From assembly GCF_030144855.1 (NCBI RefSeq), contig NC_082720.1, forward strand, positions 71,734,001 to 71,798,000: a stretch of 64,000 nucleotides of DNA. Direction: 5' to 3'. Below are positions 37,224 through 50,227 of the stretch, piece after piece. Each line of letters opens with the position of its first letter. Position 1 is the stretch's first letter. The notes under the pieces were generated by a model, which was given only the letters and a program-made list of their open reading frames with translations, did not search any database and was not told the origin of the DNA. The position numbers were made by a program, and so were the translations under genes. Source of the stretch: Hypanus sabinus (taxonomy: Eukaryota).

Positions 37224-37393
37224 AGCTTTTACACAGAGACTATTTACTTTAAAATCTTCAGGGAAACAGGACTATATGCAGACACTATTAATTTTTTACA
37301 ATTTCCATCTTTGGAGATAAGATTGTTGGGAATATGCCATGATATTAATGGTGTTTACAATTCTAATATTTTGAACAGTCTATCTTCGCCCAG

Positions 37394-37525
37394 AAGACAA
37401 CGTATACACGAAGAGGCCATGGCAGTTGTCCAAATCCATCTTGCTTATTTACCTACGTCACAAGGCACAAACCTCCACAGTGCCCAAATTGTGGGAAGTG
37501 GCTAGGAGGGAAATGGATTCCAAAG
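37394..37525 (+). CDS. HMGXB3: HMGXB3 coding exon 5, Cys cluster repeat 1 (KTTYTRRGHGSCPNPSCLFTYVTRHKPPQCPNCGKWLGGKWIPK)
   Basis: Near-identical to the remembered mammalian motif; donor AAG|gtaatt. The acceptor could be 37379, 37394 or 37397, all in frame. Confidence 0.93.
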
Positions 37526-37961
37526 GTAATTTAGCAGCATATTGATTAAGTTGAGCTTAGCTCCAATAAGGCCATCAGGAACATCAAACAAAGCCAGAAG
37601 TTCACTTCATTATTTAGTGAACTGGATATACTTTTTGAAGATAGATTAATTTATTGTTTTGATAAAGATAATTTTCTGACAGTTTCTGTGCCATATGTTG
37701 TAGAAATTCCCGAGTGATATATGAAGTACTTTTGAGCCTTCTCCTCAGTTGTTTGAACTACTTTCATTGAAGGAAGAGTATTGATGTGTACTGTTATTAT
37801 CTATGGTTATGAATTAAGCTTGAGAAAAATGCTTCTATTTCTTGCTCTATGAGCCTTTAAGGAAAATGTTGAGGTAATATCTAAAAAGTTAAATAACTTG
37901 CTATTTTAATGAACCTACTTATTACTTGTGGATCAACAATCTTTTAATTTGTTTGCAACAG

Positions 37962-38021
37962 GGTAAACAACCACAGGTGTTAAATGTACATGTGGAATGT
38001 AATCAAGAGAAGCAGAACAAG
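37962..38021 (+). CDS. HMGXB3: HMGXB3 coding exon 6 (GKQPQVLNVHVECNQEKQNK)
   Basis: caacag|GGT..AAG|gtatgt; 60 nt, phase 0-0; low protein conservation. Confidence 0.72.
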
Positions 38022-38559
38022 GTATGTTGTCCGCATACCTATCTTTCTATTTTTGTAAAATGTTTGTTCTTTTTCTTTCAATTACCACATGAATTATGGT
38101 TCATTGAAAACAGGAATTGGTAGGCTGCAAAAGGAAGGTTTTCCAGTTTTCAAAGTATACAATTATTACTTAGAAGTTTTATATAAATCATTCACGACAA
38201 TGGGAGGGATCGAACTGTATAAATGAATTGAATATTTTAAAATACTTTTTAAATATTTTTAAAAATTTGGGAATTTAAAAATAAATCTCAAAATCCAGAA
38301 TTAATATTGAATACAATTAAAAAGGAGCAAAGGCTCTGAATGCTCTTAAAAGAATGAAACATATCTTTTACTTTTGCAGGATTCCACTTGATAGAGAGGG
38401 TTGTTGGAAAATTAGATAATCATGCAAAAAATAGTTTTAAAATTCCCAACCTAATATCCTTCCTTATTTAAATATAATAAACAAAGTTAAAATGAATGTC
38501 ATTTAAGAAAAATCTTTTGTTAACGTGTATCTTCATAATCCTGTAATTTATCAGTATTA

Positions 38560-39088
38560 CAGGTTCCCCCCAATCCGAAGGTAGAGTGTTCCTATGAAAC
38601 CATTTGTAAACCGAAATGTCGTAAAGCGAAGAAGCAATTACCATTAATTTATATGGGAAAATTTTTTGAGTGTTCCCAGACACAAAAAAGTAACCTACCA
38701 AATGAAACCAAATAACACATAAAACCTAAAATAACACTAACATATAGTAAAAGCAGGAATGATATAATAAATATACACCCTATATAAAGTAGAAATATTG
38801 TATGTAGGGTGTAGTTTCACTTATCAAAATCGGGAAGACAGCAAGCCAAAATTGATTTGGAGAAAAAAATCAGCACGTACATGCATGTGTGCGCACGTAC
38901 ACGCATGCGCAAACAACTACCCGCACAAGGTTTCACGGTCATTGTAGTCTTTCTCGGGGTAAACACACAGGTGTCTTTTTTTCGTAAAAGCGAAAATCCT
39001 CTTTGGTTAGCGAAAACAGGTACAACTGTAGGTCTTTCGTAACAGCGAGTTGTCGTAAAGCGAACGTTCAAAAAACTGGGGACACCAG
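38560..39088. mobile_element. Tigger/pogo-like MITE
   Basis: TA|CAGGTTCCCC ... GGGGACACCAG|TA; subterminal tgtcgtaaagcgaa repeated near both ends. Confidence 0.75.
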
Positions 39089-39163
39089 TATTAGGTATGC
39101 ATTACTACCCAGCAAGAAATTTTATTTGGAAGATACTGAATTTGCCTTTTCAGTTTACTAAAC

Positions 39164-39560
39164 AGAGAGGGGATCTGATTGAAACGTTTAAGATAATTAA
39201 AGGATTTGATAGGATTGAGGCAGGAAATATGTTCCAGATGTTGGGAGAGTCCAGTACCAGAGGGCATGGATTGAGAATAAGAGGTCAGTTATTTAAAACA
39301 GAGTTGAGGAAGAGCTTCTTCTCCCAGAGAGTTGTGCAGGTGTGGAATGCACTACCTCGGAAGACGGTGGAAGCCAATTCTCTGGATGCTTTCAAGAAGG
39401 AGCTGGATAGATATCTGATGGATAGGGGAATCAAGGGATATGGGGACAAGGCAGGGACTGGGTGTTGATAGTGAATGATCAGCCATGATCTCAGAATGGC
39501 GGTGCAGACTGGAGGGGCCGAATGGTCTACTTCTGCACCTATTGTCTATTGTCTATTGTC
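39164..39560 (+). mobile_element. CR1-like LINE 3' end with (ATTGTCT)n tail
   Basis: RGDLIETFKIIKG..FFSQRVV..WNALP; tandem tail. Confidence 0.9.
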
Positions 39561-39717
39561 ATTCTAAATTAATGGAGTAGAATTCTTATCTATACATATA
39601 TTCATTCTTGCAAATTTTCTCAGCATATCGTTTGACCTAGGAAAAGTAAAGTTTACAGTTATCAGTGATTTTGTCTCACGAAATTTGTTATTCCTTACTG
39701 TTTTTGTAAATGGACAG

Positions 39718-40094
39718 GAAACTATTGACGTGACTGTATGTACAAAGGACTCAGCCCAGTCCAGTTTGGAAAGTTCACAGGCAGTAACTCAACTTCTGAA
39801 CGTAGCTTCGGAAGATCATAGAGAAGAGGAGCATCAACTAATACAAGCTAGCTGGCAGCAGACTGTACACGTTGAGCCAGGTGATTCAGGGATGCCAGTG
39901 CCCACCTTGCAGAATGAAGAAGGGCCCCTTCCAATACGGCTTTGTAATCCATTAGCTGCTGTCGACCACATAGTGGAAGTACACTCTGAAGATGCAATGA
40001 AAGACCTGGAGGCCTCAAATCACCAAGCATCAAATAAAAGTAACACAGTCATCAATAAATCCAACGGAGTTAAGATTGCAAAACCAGGATCAAG
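39718..40094 (+). CDS. HMGXB3: HMGXB3 coding exon 7 (..LESSQAVTQLLNVA..KPGS)
   Basis: gacag|GAA..TCA AG|gttagt; phase 0 to 2; AV.QLLNVA is conserved. Confidence 0.87.
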
Positions 40095-41667
40095 GTTAGT
40101 TGTATCATCAGTTGAAACAATTACAATACAGATCCTTTGCCTAAAAGCTGACAGTTCCACTCTATATTGCTAGCTTTTGCCTTCATAATAGTGTGGATGT
40201 TTGGACTACCCAAATGAAGGCAGAAGTTCTGAACTTCTGCGCAGCTGAACACTGCTTTCAGTACAACTGCGCTATGTTGTTAAACTCTTCATAGGGTCAA
40301 GTGGAGGACCGTAAAAGGCTGGGAATCTGCATACCAAACCTAAGCCAGGAACAACTGTTTAGGAAGATAGGTACAAGTTAATTTTCTTTAGTTAGTGTAT
40401 TTAATTGTTTCCGAATGTTTCAAATATTTGAATTAGTGTTTAGTTTTAATTTTTTTTATTTGTCTTTTTGATTAATTACTTATAAACTTCTGACATTTAC
40501 TTCTCCTTGATTATGACAGCCAGTAAGCCTTATTGAAGTTCTCTTCTACTGGATTTCCCTCATTAACATTCTCTGTAACTTAATCAAAAATCTTTAGTTA
40601 GTTGGACAGGAGTTGCCTTTAACAAATTGATGTTGGTATCAGACCTTTGTTATCCAGGTGATTGCTGATTCTGATTAGTATAGCCAGAACCTTTCCCCCC
40701 TCACCATGGATAAGTTACTGGGTATATATTTGTCACCTTTTACTTTTGAATAAGTTATGTTTGCAATTTTTCAGTTCTTGAAGTCTAATGCTGAACTTGT
40801 AATGTTAGGAAGATTATTGTCAAGGTCTCTGCAGTTGCCTGTTTTACTTCTCTTGGCAAACTAAGATGCATTCCATCTGCAACAGATGTCCTATCTACCT
40901 TTTTAAAAAATGCTTGTTTAGCCACCACTGATATACTTTACCCAGTTTTGGTTTTTGTACTTTAGGAACAATGTAGAGGCTGTAGAGAGAATTTTTCTAA
41001 AATGATTCCAAGGATAAGGGACTTTTATTAAACTGCATAGGTAGGCTGGAAAAGTTGGTATTTGTTCTCCTCTGAATAAATGATATTGCTTGGGTAACTC
41101 TTGATGGTATTTAACATCGAGGAATACAGGCAGAAGTTGTTACCATAAACACGTAGTCAGAAACTGGTGGGTAAGGACAGATAATTTAAAGCAATAAGGA
41201 AAGAGCACAACAATAGATCAAACTGGATTGCTGTTCTTAAGACGCGTAGATTGACTGAAAATTTACCTTGCATATTATATATTTTTCTGATTCAGTGGAG
41301 GTATTCTGTGAGCTGTCATCTGAGGTTTAATTATAGTGTTGTGGTTAAAAATACAATGTACACAAATATTCTGTGAAGTACCTAACACTCTACTGCAATA
41401 AAGCATGGATCAGAATTGATCTGGATCATTTTGTGTTCATGAACGATTGATAAATTGTCTTACCTGGTATTACTGTACCTCTGTGCACTGCATTGGAAGT
41501 GACCTCTGTGAATGATGAGCAAGACAAGCTTTTCATTGCAACTAGGTACACATGACAATAATAAACCAATGACAATGTAGAATAAAGTGTAACCATTACT
41601 GAGGAGGTGCAGTGCAGGTAGACAATAAGGTTCAAAGTCATGAAGGGACAGCAAATCATCAATGGAA

Positions 41668-42968
41668 GAGACACTGCAGGTGCTGGAAATCTAAAGTAAC
41701 ACTCACAAAATGATGGAGGAACTCAATCAGTCGTGCAGCATCTATGGAGAGGAATAAAGAGCCGACATTCCCTTGTCTATTCATCTCCTCCATCCCTTCC
41801 CACCAATCTCCCTCCTGGCACTTATCCTTTCAGAGGGTTAAGTGCTACACCTGCCCATACGCTTCCTCCCTCACCACCATTCAGGGCCCCAGACAGTCCT
41901 TCCAGGTGAGGTGACACTCACCTGTGAGTTGGCTGGTGTGATATACTGCATCCGGTGCTCCCAGTACAGCCTTCTTTCTGGACACAGACTGGTAGACCGT
42001 TTCGCTCAACACCTACGCTCTATCCGCCGGAGAAAGCAGGATCTCCCAGTGGCCACACATTTTAATTCCACGTCCCATTCCCATTCCAATATGTCAATCC
42101 ATGGCCTCCTGTACTGTCAAGATGAAGCCACTCTCAGGTTGGAGGAACAACACCTTGTATTCCGTCTGGGTAGCCTCCAACCTGATGGCATGAACATTGA
42201 TTTCTCTAACTTCCATTAATGCCCCTTCTCCTCTTCTTACCCCATCCCTTATTCATTTGTTTATTTATTTTCCCTTTTTTTTCTCTCTCTGTTTCTCTCA
42301 CAATCACTCCTTGCCTGCTCTCCATCTTCCTCTGGCGCTCCCCTCCCCCTTTCTTTCTCCCTAGGCCTCCTGTCCCATGATTCTCTCCCTTCTCTAGCCT
42401 TGTATCCCCTTTGCCAATCGACTTTCCAGCTCTCAACTTCATCCCTCCCCTCCTGTCTTCTCCTATCATTTTGAATCTCCCCCTCCCCCTCCCACTTTCA
42501 AATTTCTTACTATCTCCTTTCAGTTAGTCCTGACGAAGGGTCTTGGCCCAAAACAAGATAGAGGCAGGAAATATGTTCCAGATGCTGGGAGAGTCCAGTG
42601 CCAGAGGGCATGGTTTGAGAATAAGGGGTAGGTCATTTAGGACAGAGTTAAGGAAAAACTTCTTCTCCCAGAGAGTTGTGGGGGTCTGGAATACACTGCC
42701 TCGGAAGGCAGTGGAGGCCAATTCTCTGGATGTTTTCAAGAAGGAGCTAGATAGGTATCTTATGGATAGGGGGATCAAGGGATATGGGGACAAGGCAGGA
42801 ACCGGGTATTGATAGTAGATGATCAGCCATGATCTCAGAATGGTGGTGCAGGCTTGAAGGGCTGAATGGCCTACTTCTGCACCTATTGTCTATTGAAACG
42901 TCAACTGTACTTCTTCATATAGAGGCTGCCTGGCCTGCTGCATTCCACCAGCATTTTGTGTGTGTTAC
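41668..42968 (+). mobile_element. Penelope element (inverted 5' terminal piece + GIY-YIG remnant + terminal region), interrupted by CR1
   Basis: TCELAGVIYCIRCS..DRFAQHL..PVATHFNS..LGSLQPDGMNI; inverted terminal copy at about 41668-41770. Confidence 0.88.
42555..42894 (+). mobile_element. CR1-like LINE 3' end, same subfamily as 39164-39560
   Basis: IEAGNMFQMLGESS.RGHGLRIRG; ATTGTCT tail; flanked by (A/G)AAAC repeats. Confidence 0.9.
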
Positions 42969-43508
42969 TTATTATGAGGTAGCTTGTGAGGTCAAGAGTC
43001 ATTATACAAGTAGATTATACAGTAGATTTAAAACAGTGGGATTTTACCTTTCCCCTCTTCCCTCAGTACATGCCCATAGATCTGAGCCTTTATTGTTTCT
43101 ATTCTATTCTACTTTTGCCACCAAATGTCTCAAACCACATAATTGTGAGGTTTATGCTTTTCCCACTTAGCTTCCATACCCCACACCACTGCTACGTAAA
43201 TAGCATTTTTGAATTAAGCTTCCATCCAGAGGACGGAAATTCCAAAGGTTATCATCATTTCTTCACTTCCCTGTGCTTGGTGCTGTACAAATCTATTGGT
43301 GTTTTGGCATAATATTTAATGTATTATTTTTTAAGCATTGTATATTATTTTCTATATTACTTCCAACAATTATGGGGCCTTTCAAAAATACCATATAGTA
43401 AAGAAATTTATTTACTGTCACTGCAATTCCAAATGTCACGGAGCCATGTTGAGCTGCAAAAGGAATGCAGTTAATCCAATATATTATTTCTTCTTTTCTC
43501 TCCTTCAG

Positions 43509-43639
43509 TATTTCTAGACAAAGTTTACAACTACGGCGAAGAACCAAAGCCAGGGGACGAGCAAAATCTACCTTGTTGACTGGTACCGCACGGTCACGAC
43601 CTCCACGTATTATATTGCCAGCAGCTCCATCTAATGCAG
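43509..43639 (+). CDS. HMGXB3: HMGXB3 coding exon 8 (..KARGRAKSTLL..PPRIILPA..)
   Basis: Long polypyrimidine tract, cttcag|T; GCA G|gtgtgc; phase 2 to 1. There is an alternative in-frame acceptor at 43518. Confidence 0.85.
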
Positions 43640-44360
43640 GTGTGCAACACAGTGTTAATATGAAAATTTTAACAATGCTGCACATTTTACATTTATTTTC
43701 CCTATTATGTTACAATAATCTCAAAACACATTATGTTTTTAATGTAGTAAAACCAGCTAAGACACTTAGTATAGACATATTATCAATTCAGAAAAAAGGA
43801 GATTTGATGATAAGTGGGAAAGGAAAACACGAAAGAGCACTCTTGCAAGGGCAAAGGGAGATACTGTGGTAGGAAATTCTAGGAGTTTACAGCTCTGGTG
43901 TCTGAAAGTATACCAGACATGGCTGGAGATATAGGAAAGGTCAAGATGCTGTATTTGAAATGTAATAGATACCTTGGAAGTCCATGAAGTGCTTTGAAAA
44001 GAAGGATGAGAATTTTACAATTAAGGCATTGCTTTAATAGATCAGTGAACACAGTGGTGACTGTTAAATGAGGTTTGACGCACATGTGCGTTAGAGAAAG
44101 ATTTCTTGTGTTTCGTCTAGTCCAAAATATATGCCTAGTACAAAAAGGGAAAGATGACGTGCTGGAGTCATCAAGTTCAGAGGTTGGATGAGAGTTTCAG
44201 AAACAGGTGAACTGAAACAAAGATAAAATAGGGGAGTGTTATGGTGACAAAAATAGAAGATCTAAATGATCAGATAAGAAAACTGAAACTCATCTTCTGT
44301 TAAGTACAAAGTTCTTACACCTCATTGTTTGATACAGGGGGTGGGGGTGGGGGAAGCTAT

Positions 44361-44799
44361 TGTCCAGAAGGTTCTTTGGAAGTCAAGACTGAGACGCAAA
44401 TTGTGAGGTTAAAACCATTTTATTAGATGTTCACAACAAAGAAATAACAGCAAAACACAGCAGCAGGGAACTAACTAACTGTACCCTACTCACTCTACTT
44501 CAATAAGGAGGAAAGAGAACAAAGAACCTTGCCACATGGTTGATCTTTATACTGAAAACAAGTTCAAACTGGATAGAATAGGAATTCTTTTGACTGGAAC
44601 AGCCGATGAGACAACAGCAATGGTCTTCATTTACTTAAACTGATGTGACATAAGGTTGCAGAAAAAGAAACTACAGAAGTGCTGAACCAGCAAATTACTG
44701 AAAATCCACTGAATATTTATGGATAAAAGGTGATTATATGAACATAAAGCTAAGCTGCAAGAAAGAAAGGTATTTTAGACATTAATTCAACATTATACA
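44361..44799 (-). repeat. Probable solo LTR
   Basis: TGTCC...ATACA termini; flanks GCTAT/CCTAT (5-bp TSD with 1 mismatch); AATAAA on the minus strand near 44420. Confidence 0.55.
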
Positions 44800-45509
44800 C
44801 CTATCAGGGAGAAGGATGAATTCAGAAGCCAAGGAATAGAAGGGACTAAAGGCAAAATATAACAGGTTTAATTTTTATTTAACTGTGGAAGAAATTTCAG
44901 TTCTTCTATTGCTGGAAGTTGGCCAATCTGACTGACTCTGTTGTAAAATGTCCAGGTTGGAGATGCACATTGATGTCAATGTGCACCTCTATGCTACTTC
45001 CATGCTTTTTAGCGCACAGCTAGTGCAGGCCTTTCATTCCCCATGGTGTTGCTGCCCGGCCCTCAAAGCCTGGTTCTTCATCTTCTGCTCCACCCCACCC
45101 ACCCACAAATCCTCTCTATTAGACCTTTGACCCACAACTTGCTTGACCCCTGCATACTCCACAAGAATGGAATGCATTAGGAAAGTATTCCAGAACAAAA
45201 CGTCTGTTCTCTTGCGCAATGTGTCTTAAATCTCATGCATTGCATAATTTTGTGGTGTCTGTGGCCTTTGAATAAAACATTCATTGATATGGCGTGCAGC
45301 ATTGAATTTTGAGGTGAGATGGTGTCGCTAACAGAAAGATATAAATACCAAGTGGTGAGGGGAGAATTGGTCACTGCAATGCCAGAGCCAGATTGAGAAT
45401 TATGACATTCAAGATTGTTTAATATAATTTCTTGTACACAAGTGTAAGATGGATGAAATAATTGTTACAGCAGATCCGATGCACAAACGATAAAAGAAGA
45501 CAATAATAA

Positions 45510-45988
45510 TTGTGGATACTATAGAGAGTGTAGAGGAGATTTACAAGGATGTTGCCTGGATTGGAGAGCATGCCTTATGAGAATAGGTCGAGTGAACTTT
45601 CCCTTTTTTCCATGGAGTGATGGAGTATGAGAGATGACCTGATAGAGCTGTATAAGATGATGAGGGGCATTGATCGTGTGGATAGCAGAGGCTTTTTCCT
45701 AGGGCTGAAATGACAGACATGAGGGGGCATAGTTTTAAGGTGCTTGGAGATAGGTACCGAGGGGATGTTAGGGGTAAGTTTTTCACACAGGTGGATGTGT
45801 GGAATGCACTGCGGGCGGCGGCGGTGGAAGCGGATACAATAGGGTCTTTTAAAAGCCTCTTAGATAGGTATGTGGAGCTTAGAAAAATAAAGGGCTATGT
45901 GCTAGGGAAATTCCAAGCAGTTTCTAGCACAGCATTGTGGGCCAAAGGGCCTGTAATATGCTGTAGATTTCTATGTTCTGTGTTCTAA
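45510..45988 (+). mobile_element. CR1-like LINE 3' fragment
   Basis: IERV.RRFTRMLPGL, RGHSFKV..RYRGDVRGKFFTQ..WNAL. Confidence 0.85.
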
Positions 45989-47168
45989 TAATACTTAGAA
46001 AAAAACACACAATCAATATAAATACAGAAGATGGCTGATAAGCTTAAATTGTTTGTATTTCTGTAAAGCTCATCTACAAATAAGGTGACTGACAGGAAAT
46101 AATAAAGTAGTGGTGAAGTTTGTGGATGAAGGTATTAATCACTCTTACTCATTGAGGAAAGTAACTGTTTCTGAGTCTGCTAGTCCTGGCATGGATGTTA
46201 TTAACTTCCTCCCAGATGGGAGTGGGACAAGCATCTCTGTATGAACTATATCGTCACATCAGTTGAATTATAGTATATCAAGTCAGCTGTAAAGCCAGTA
46301 AACCAAATGATGAAACCATATTGCTTGATGGGAAGATGTGCACAGGATATTAAATATTTTATCTAAGCCAGAGCATAATATTAATGGGAAAGGAAGACCA
46401 TGTTACTTAATTAAATAGTTAAGAAAAATCAGAAGAGAAATGACCTAACAATTTTATGAAGCAAGCTCTTGTTAAATTAACTCATGTCCATTTTGCCATC
46501 TCTTTTTCTTCGTAATCATTTAAATGTTTCCATTGGTACTTTTAAAGTTGCTGTTTAGTTCCTCCACATTTTGAAGTGCATTCCAGTTCATCATAATGTT
46601 TTGGGTGTTTAGAAACAACTTTTTTAACCTCTCAATTGATATTAATACTTAAAATGTCATAGGCAGATCATAAAAACATTTAAAGCCAGTGAAAGTATGT
46701 CTTAATTAATTCATTTCAATCACAGTGATGACACTTTTTGGGTATGTTAATTACATCATTTTGTAACCTGCTATGTTCATAAAACCAAATTCCAGTGTCT
46801 GGTATCTTCCGACATGATGACAATTCTGCATGTATGGTAGTTCACGGGTAAATTCCTACACCCATTCCAAGGTTTTGATATCCTTAAAGTGCTGTCAGAG
46901 TTATCACAGTCCTCTAGAAGAGGAAAGGGGCTTGTTTTGCTGTTGTCATTTTGTTACTTGTGGTGTTCCGCTGAACGTGTAAGCATGCTATGTTGGCGCC
47001 AGAATGCACGGCAACACTTGTGGGCTGACCGCAGCACATCCTTAGGTATGTTCGTTGTTAACACAAGTGACATTTTTCACTACATATTTTGATGCACATG
47101 TGATAAAGTATATTTGAATCTGAAGAGGTCCTTGTCTATAATATTCCAATGTGCTGTATTTCTTTTAG

Positions 47169-47270
47169 CTGTGCAGTCGGGAGTCACCTACTTTCGAGTG
47201 GTTACAGTCCCTGTCAGTCAAGCAGAGACAGTAGAATGCTCAGCATCTTCTGCTAGTAATGGAGTAACAG
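47169..47270 (+). CDS. HMGXB3: HMGXB3 coding exon 9 (AVQSGVTYFRVVTVPV..NGVT)
   Basis: cttttag|CT..ACA G|gtatag; 102 nt, phase 1-1, fits both neighbours; weak homology. Confidence 0.72.
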
Positions 47271-48143
47271 GTATAGAAATATTTAACATGATTATTGTCA
47301 TACAGCACAAAAACAGGCCATTTGACCTACCAGGTCCAGGGTGCCTACTGTGCCTGTTTACACTAATCCCATTTATTTGCACTAAGTCTGCAGTCTTCTA
47401 TGCCCAGGATTTTACTTGTCTATACACTTAAAATGTTGTGAGAATATAATATGAACCATTTTCTGTTTAATTTTCTGTCAATCATGCAGCTACAAAAATA
47501 TCGTGTTTATTTATTCCATGACTTCATGTGTCCCAAGGTTAAAAGCCTAATTATTTTTATGTTTTCTGTGTTGCTTTACTTCTATTCACTGATTAGTCTC
47601 CAGCTGTAGCTCCAAAAGTCTGAGATGACAATTCGAACTGTGGAAAAACATGTACCTCTTCAGTGTACGATAATCTCAAAACTCAGTAATTACTGAGTAT
47701 AACTGTTTCTGCACAATATGCTGTTAGCTTGCACTGTTGCTTGCAGTGAAAGGGATCAAATCTGCCACTGCTAGAATTTATCATTTTGAAATAAAATGTA
47801 AATAATTGAAAAGAAATACAGAGTGCCTGTTAACTTGGAGAAATCTTAAAACAATTTTTCCCATAATGAAGCATTTTGAAAATGATATTGTTGAAGTAAA
47901 GGTTAATAATCTCAATGTAATTATTTCTTCACCACTTCTGAAATTCAAGATAGTTTACGATTGATAAAAATTAAGACAAGTGTTAGGCATCTATGTGCTC
48001 ATTGCACAGAGGCCTAGCAGCATGTTGTCTGCCTACTTGGTCATCAGAAATGCCTGCAGAAAGGAGAGATGATCATAAATTATTGCAAAATTATTCTGAA
48101 TTTATTTGATTAAAATATAATGAAAATTGTCATTTTTTTTTAG

Positions 48144-48262
48144 TTAGAAGTTCCTCTGCAAAGAGTTTGAGTTCTGCACCCCCATCAGGCCTGAAACCCA
48201 GCACCTTAAAACAACTGGGGCATTCTGTATTGCATCCAAACTACGCAGATGGAGAAGAGCAG
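48144..48262 (+). CDS. HMGXB3: HMGXB3 coding exon 10 (..SGLKPSTLKQLG..GEEQ), probable GC donor
   Basis: tttttag|TT; GLKPSTLKQLG is identical to the remembered mammalian motif; CAG|gcaagt. Confidence 0.88.
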
Positions 48263-50122
48263 GCAAGTGCTTTGCATTTGATTTTAATCTTTGGACATCA
48301 GACTGACTTTGTATATGTGTCAAATCGTGGAAATTATCTTGATTCCTGCAGCAGCTTTGATCTTAATAATTTAAATGTGCCGCAAAGGCCGTTTGCAGTT
48401 CGAAATGGAAGGATTACTGATAGCAATTGATAGATTTCGACTGAATCCCCGTTTTAAATAGCCAGAAATTTAATTGGGTGTGGGTTAAAGGCTGGAAGTA
48501 TCCAGCTTGTGGAAGGACCTATTTTAATGTTACTTCACTTATCTACGCTTATTGTAGGACTAGAACAGTACAGCTTAGGAACAGCCTTTCATCCCATGAT
48601 ATGCTGAGCTGTTCAGCTAAAGATACCAACTTACATTAAGTCTTTCTGCTTGTGCCTGGTCTATATCCCTGCATTCTCTACATATTTGTGTACCTATCTT
48701 AAGGCCTTTTAAATACCTGTGGCATTTTCCTCCACAACCACTCCTGGCAACACATTCCGCGCTGCAAAAAGAAACTTGCCTTTCACAACTCCTTTGAACC
48801 TGCTTGCCCTCATCCTAACTGTTTGTCCTCTAGTAATAGACATTTTGACCCATAATAACTGCAGAAAAAGAAATACCCGAATCATCAAACTTACTGGTAT
48901 AATTGCCTAGAGGAAGTAGTTGAAAGCAAGACAATGGAAGTATTCTTTGCAAAATATAATGATGGTTCCTTGTTGACCAGGAAGATTCAAAGTTCTCCTA
49001 GTTTTGCCAAGAATTGAGGTGTAAGCTCTTGTGGAACTAATTGTGTGCAGGAAGCAGAACTCTTGGGTTTCAAATTGAAATAGTAGAAAATAAAAATAAC
49101 TTCCTGGAAATGCTCAGTAGATCAGGTAGTATCTGTGGAAAGAGCAACAAAATTGACATTTTAAGAAGAAGCTTCTTCATCAGTCCTATAATGGTAAATC
49201 TGTCTTTCTTTCTATGGATTCGACTTGACCTGCTATCTATTCTTGGCATTTTCTGTTTTTTTTTAAATTTAGATTTCTTGCATGTGTTGTTTTTGACTAC
49301 GTTCATTCCCACTAATCTCCTGTACTCTCCTCCCTCATTAAACTGTGACCCACTCCTATGGAACTGATGCAGCACTTTTAAAAAAAAACGTAATCCTCGA
49401 GTTAAGTTGATACAGGCTCCATTCTTTGTTTTTTTTTGTTTACTTGTTCCACCTTGTCCACATACAAACCAAGTATAAAAATAAGATATTATCTCAACTT
49501 TATATTTATTAGACATTATTATAGGTATATTTTGGTTGTGACAAGCAGTCACTACCAAAAGTAACCTCTTGGCTGACAATCTTTGTTTATTCTACACTTT
49601 TAAACAATTTTATGAGTTCTTTATTCATGTTAATTTCAATATAAACTATATCCCATTCTTAAGTTACACTGGTAAACTACAATTTCATACCTTGTACTCT
49701 GAATGCAGTGAGCTTCCAGACAAAGCATTTTTTGAGTTGATATGGTTGAGTGACAGCATCGAAAGGCCTTAAAATTAATAAAAAATGCAGTGAATTAACT
49801 GCAGGAACAAAATAAACTCTGTTTAAAAATCCAAATCCATAATCTTAAATGTACAGAACCTAGCCATAATACAAGATCAGCATAAAGCCTCTGTAAAGCA
49901 ATATAAGATCTAGATTAATTTTATTTTGTTATCTACCATTGTCATAGTACCAATACTGACAGATTGTCTAAAGAATAATGAGTAATGAGGATAATAACTA
50001 AAATTCAAGACCAGCTCCCATTCCACATGGGGCTTCGGCGTTCTGTTAGTGGTGGTAAGACACCTTCTTGTGACTGTGCTGATATAAGTATAAAGAAGTT
50101 TTGTGTTTTCTTTTGCTTTCAG

Positions 50123-50227
50123 GCAGAATTAAAAATGTCTGCAGAGAGCGGATCACCTCAAGCCAGTGCAGTTTCTGTCCGGACTGTATGTATGACTCTT
50201 CCTAAAACAAACAAAGCAAGTGCCTTT
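50123..50227 (+). CDS. HMGXB3: HMGXB3 coding exon 11 (AELKMSAESGSPQ..KASAF)
   Basis: Strong acceptor ttttgctttcag|; donor TTT|gtaagt (alternative in-frame donor at 50186); phase 0-0. Confidence 0.72.

Noticed and set aside
46720-46980. RTGATGA boxes suggesting an intronic C/D snoRNA
   Set aside because: No properly spaced D box with a terminal stem and no recognisable rRNA antisense element.
49041-49579. 169-aa and 108-aa ORFs
   Set aside because: Low-complexity AT-rich sequence overlapping a decayed Penelope fold-back; no domain or splice support.
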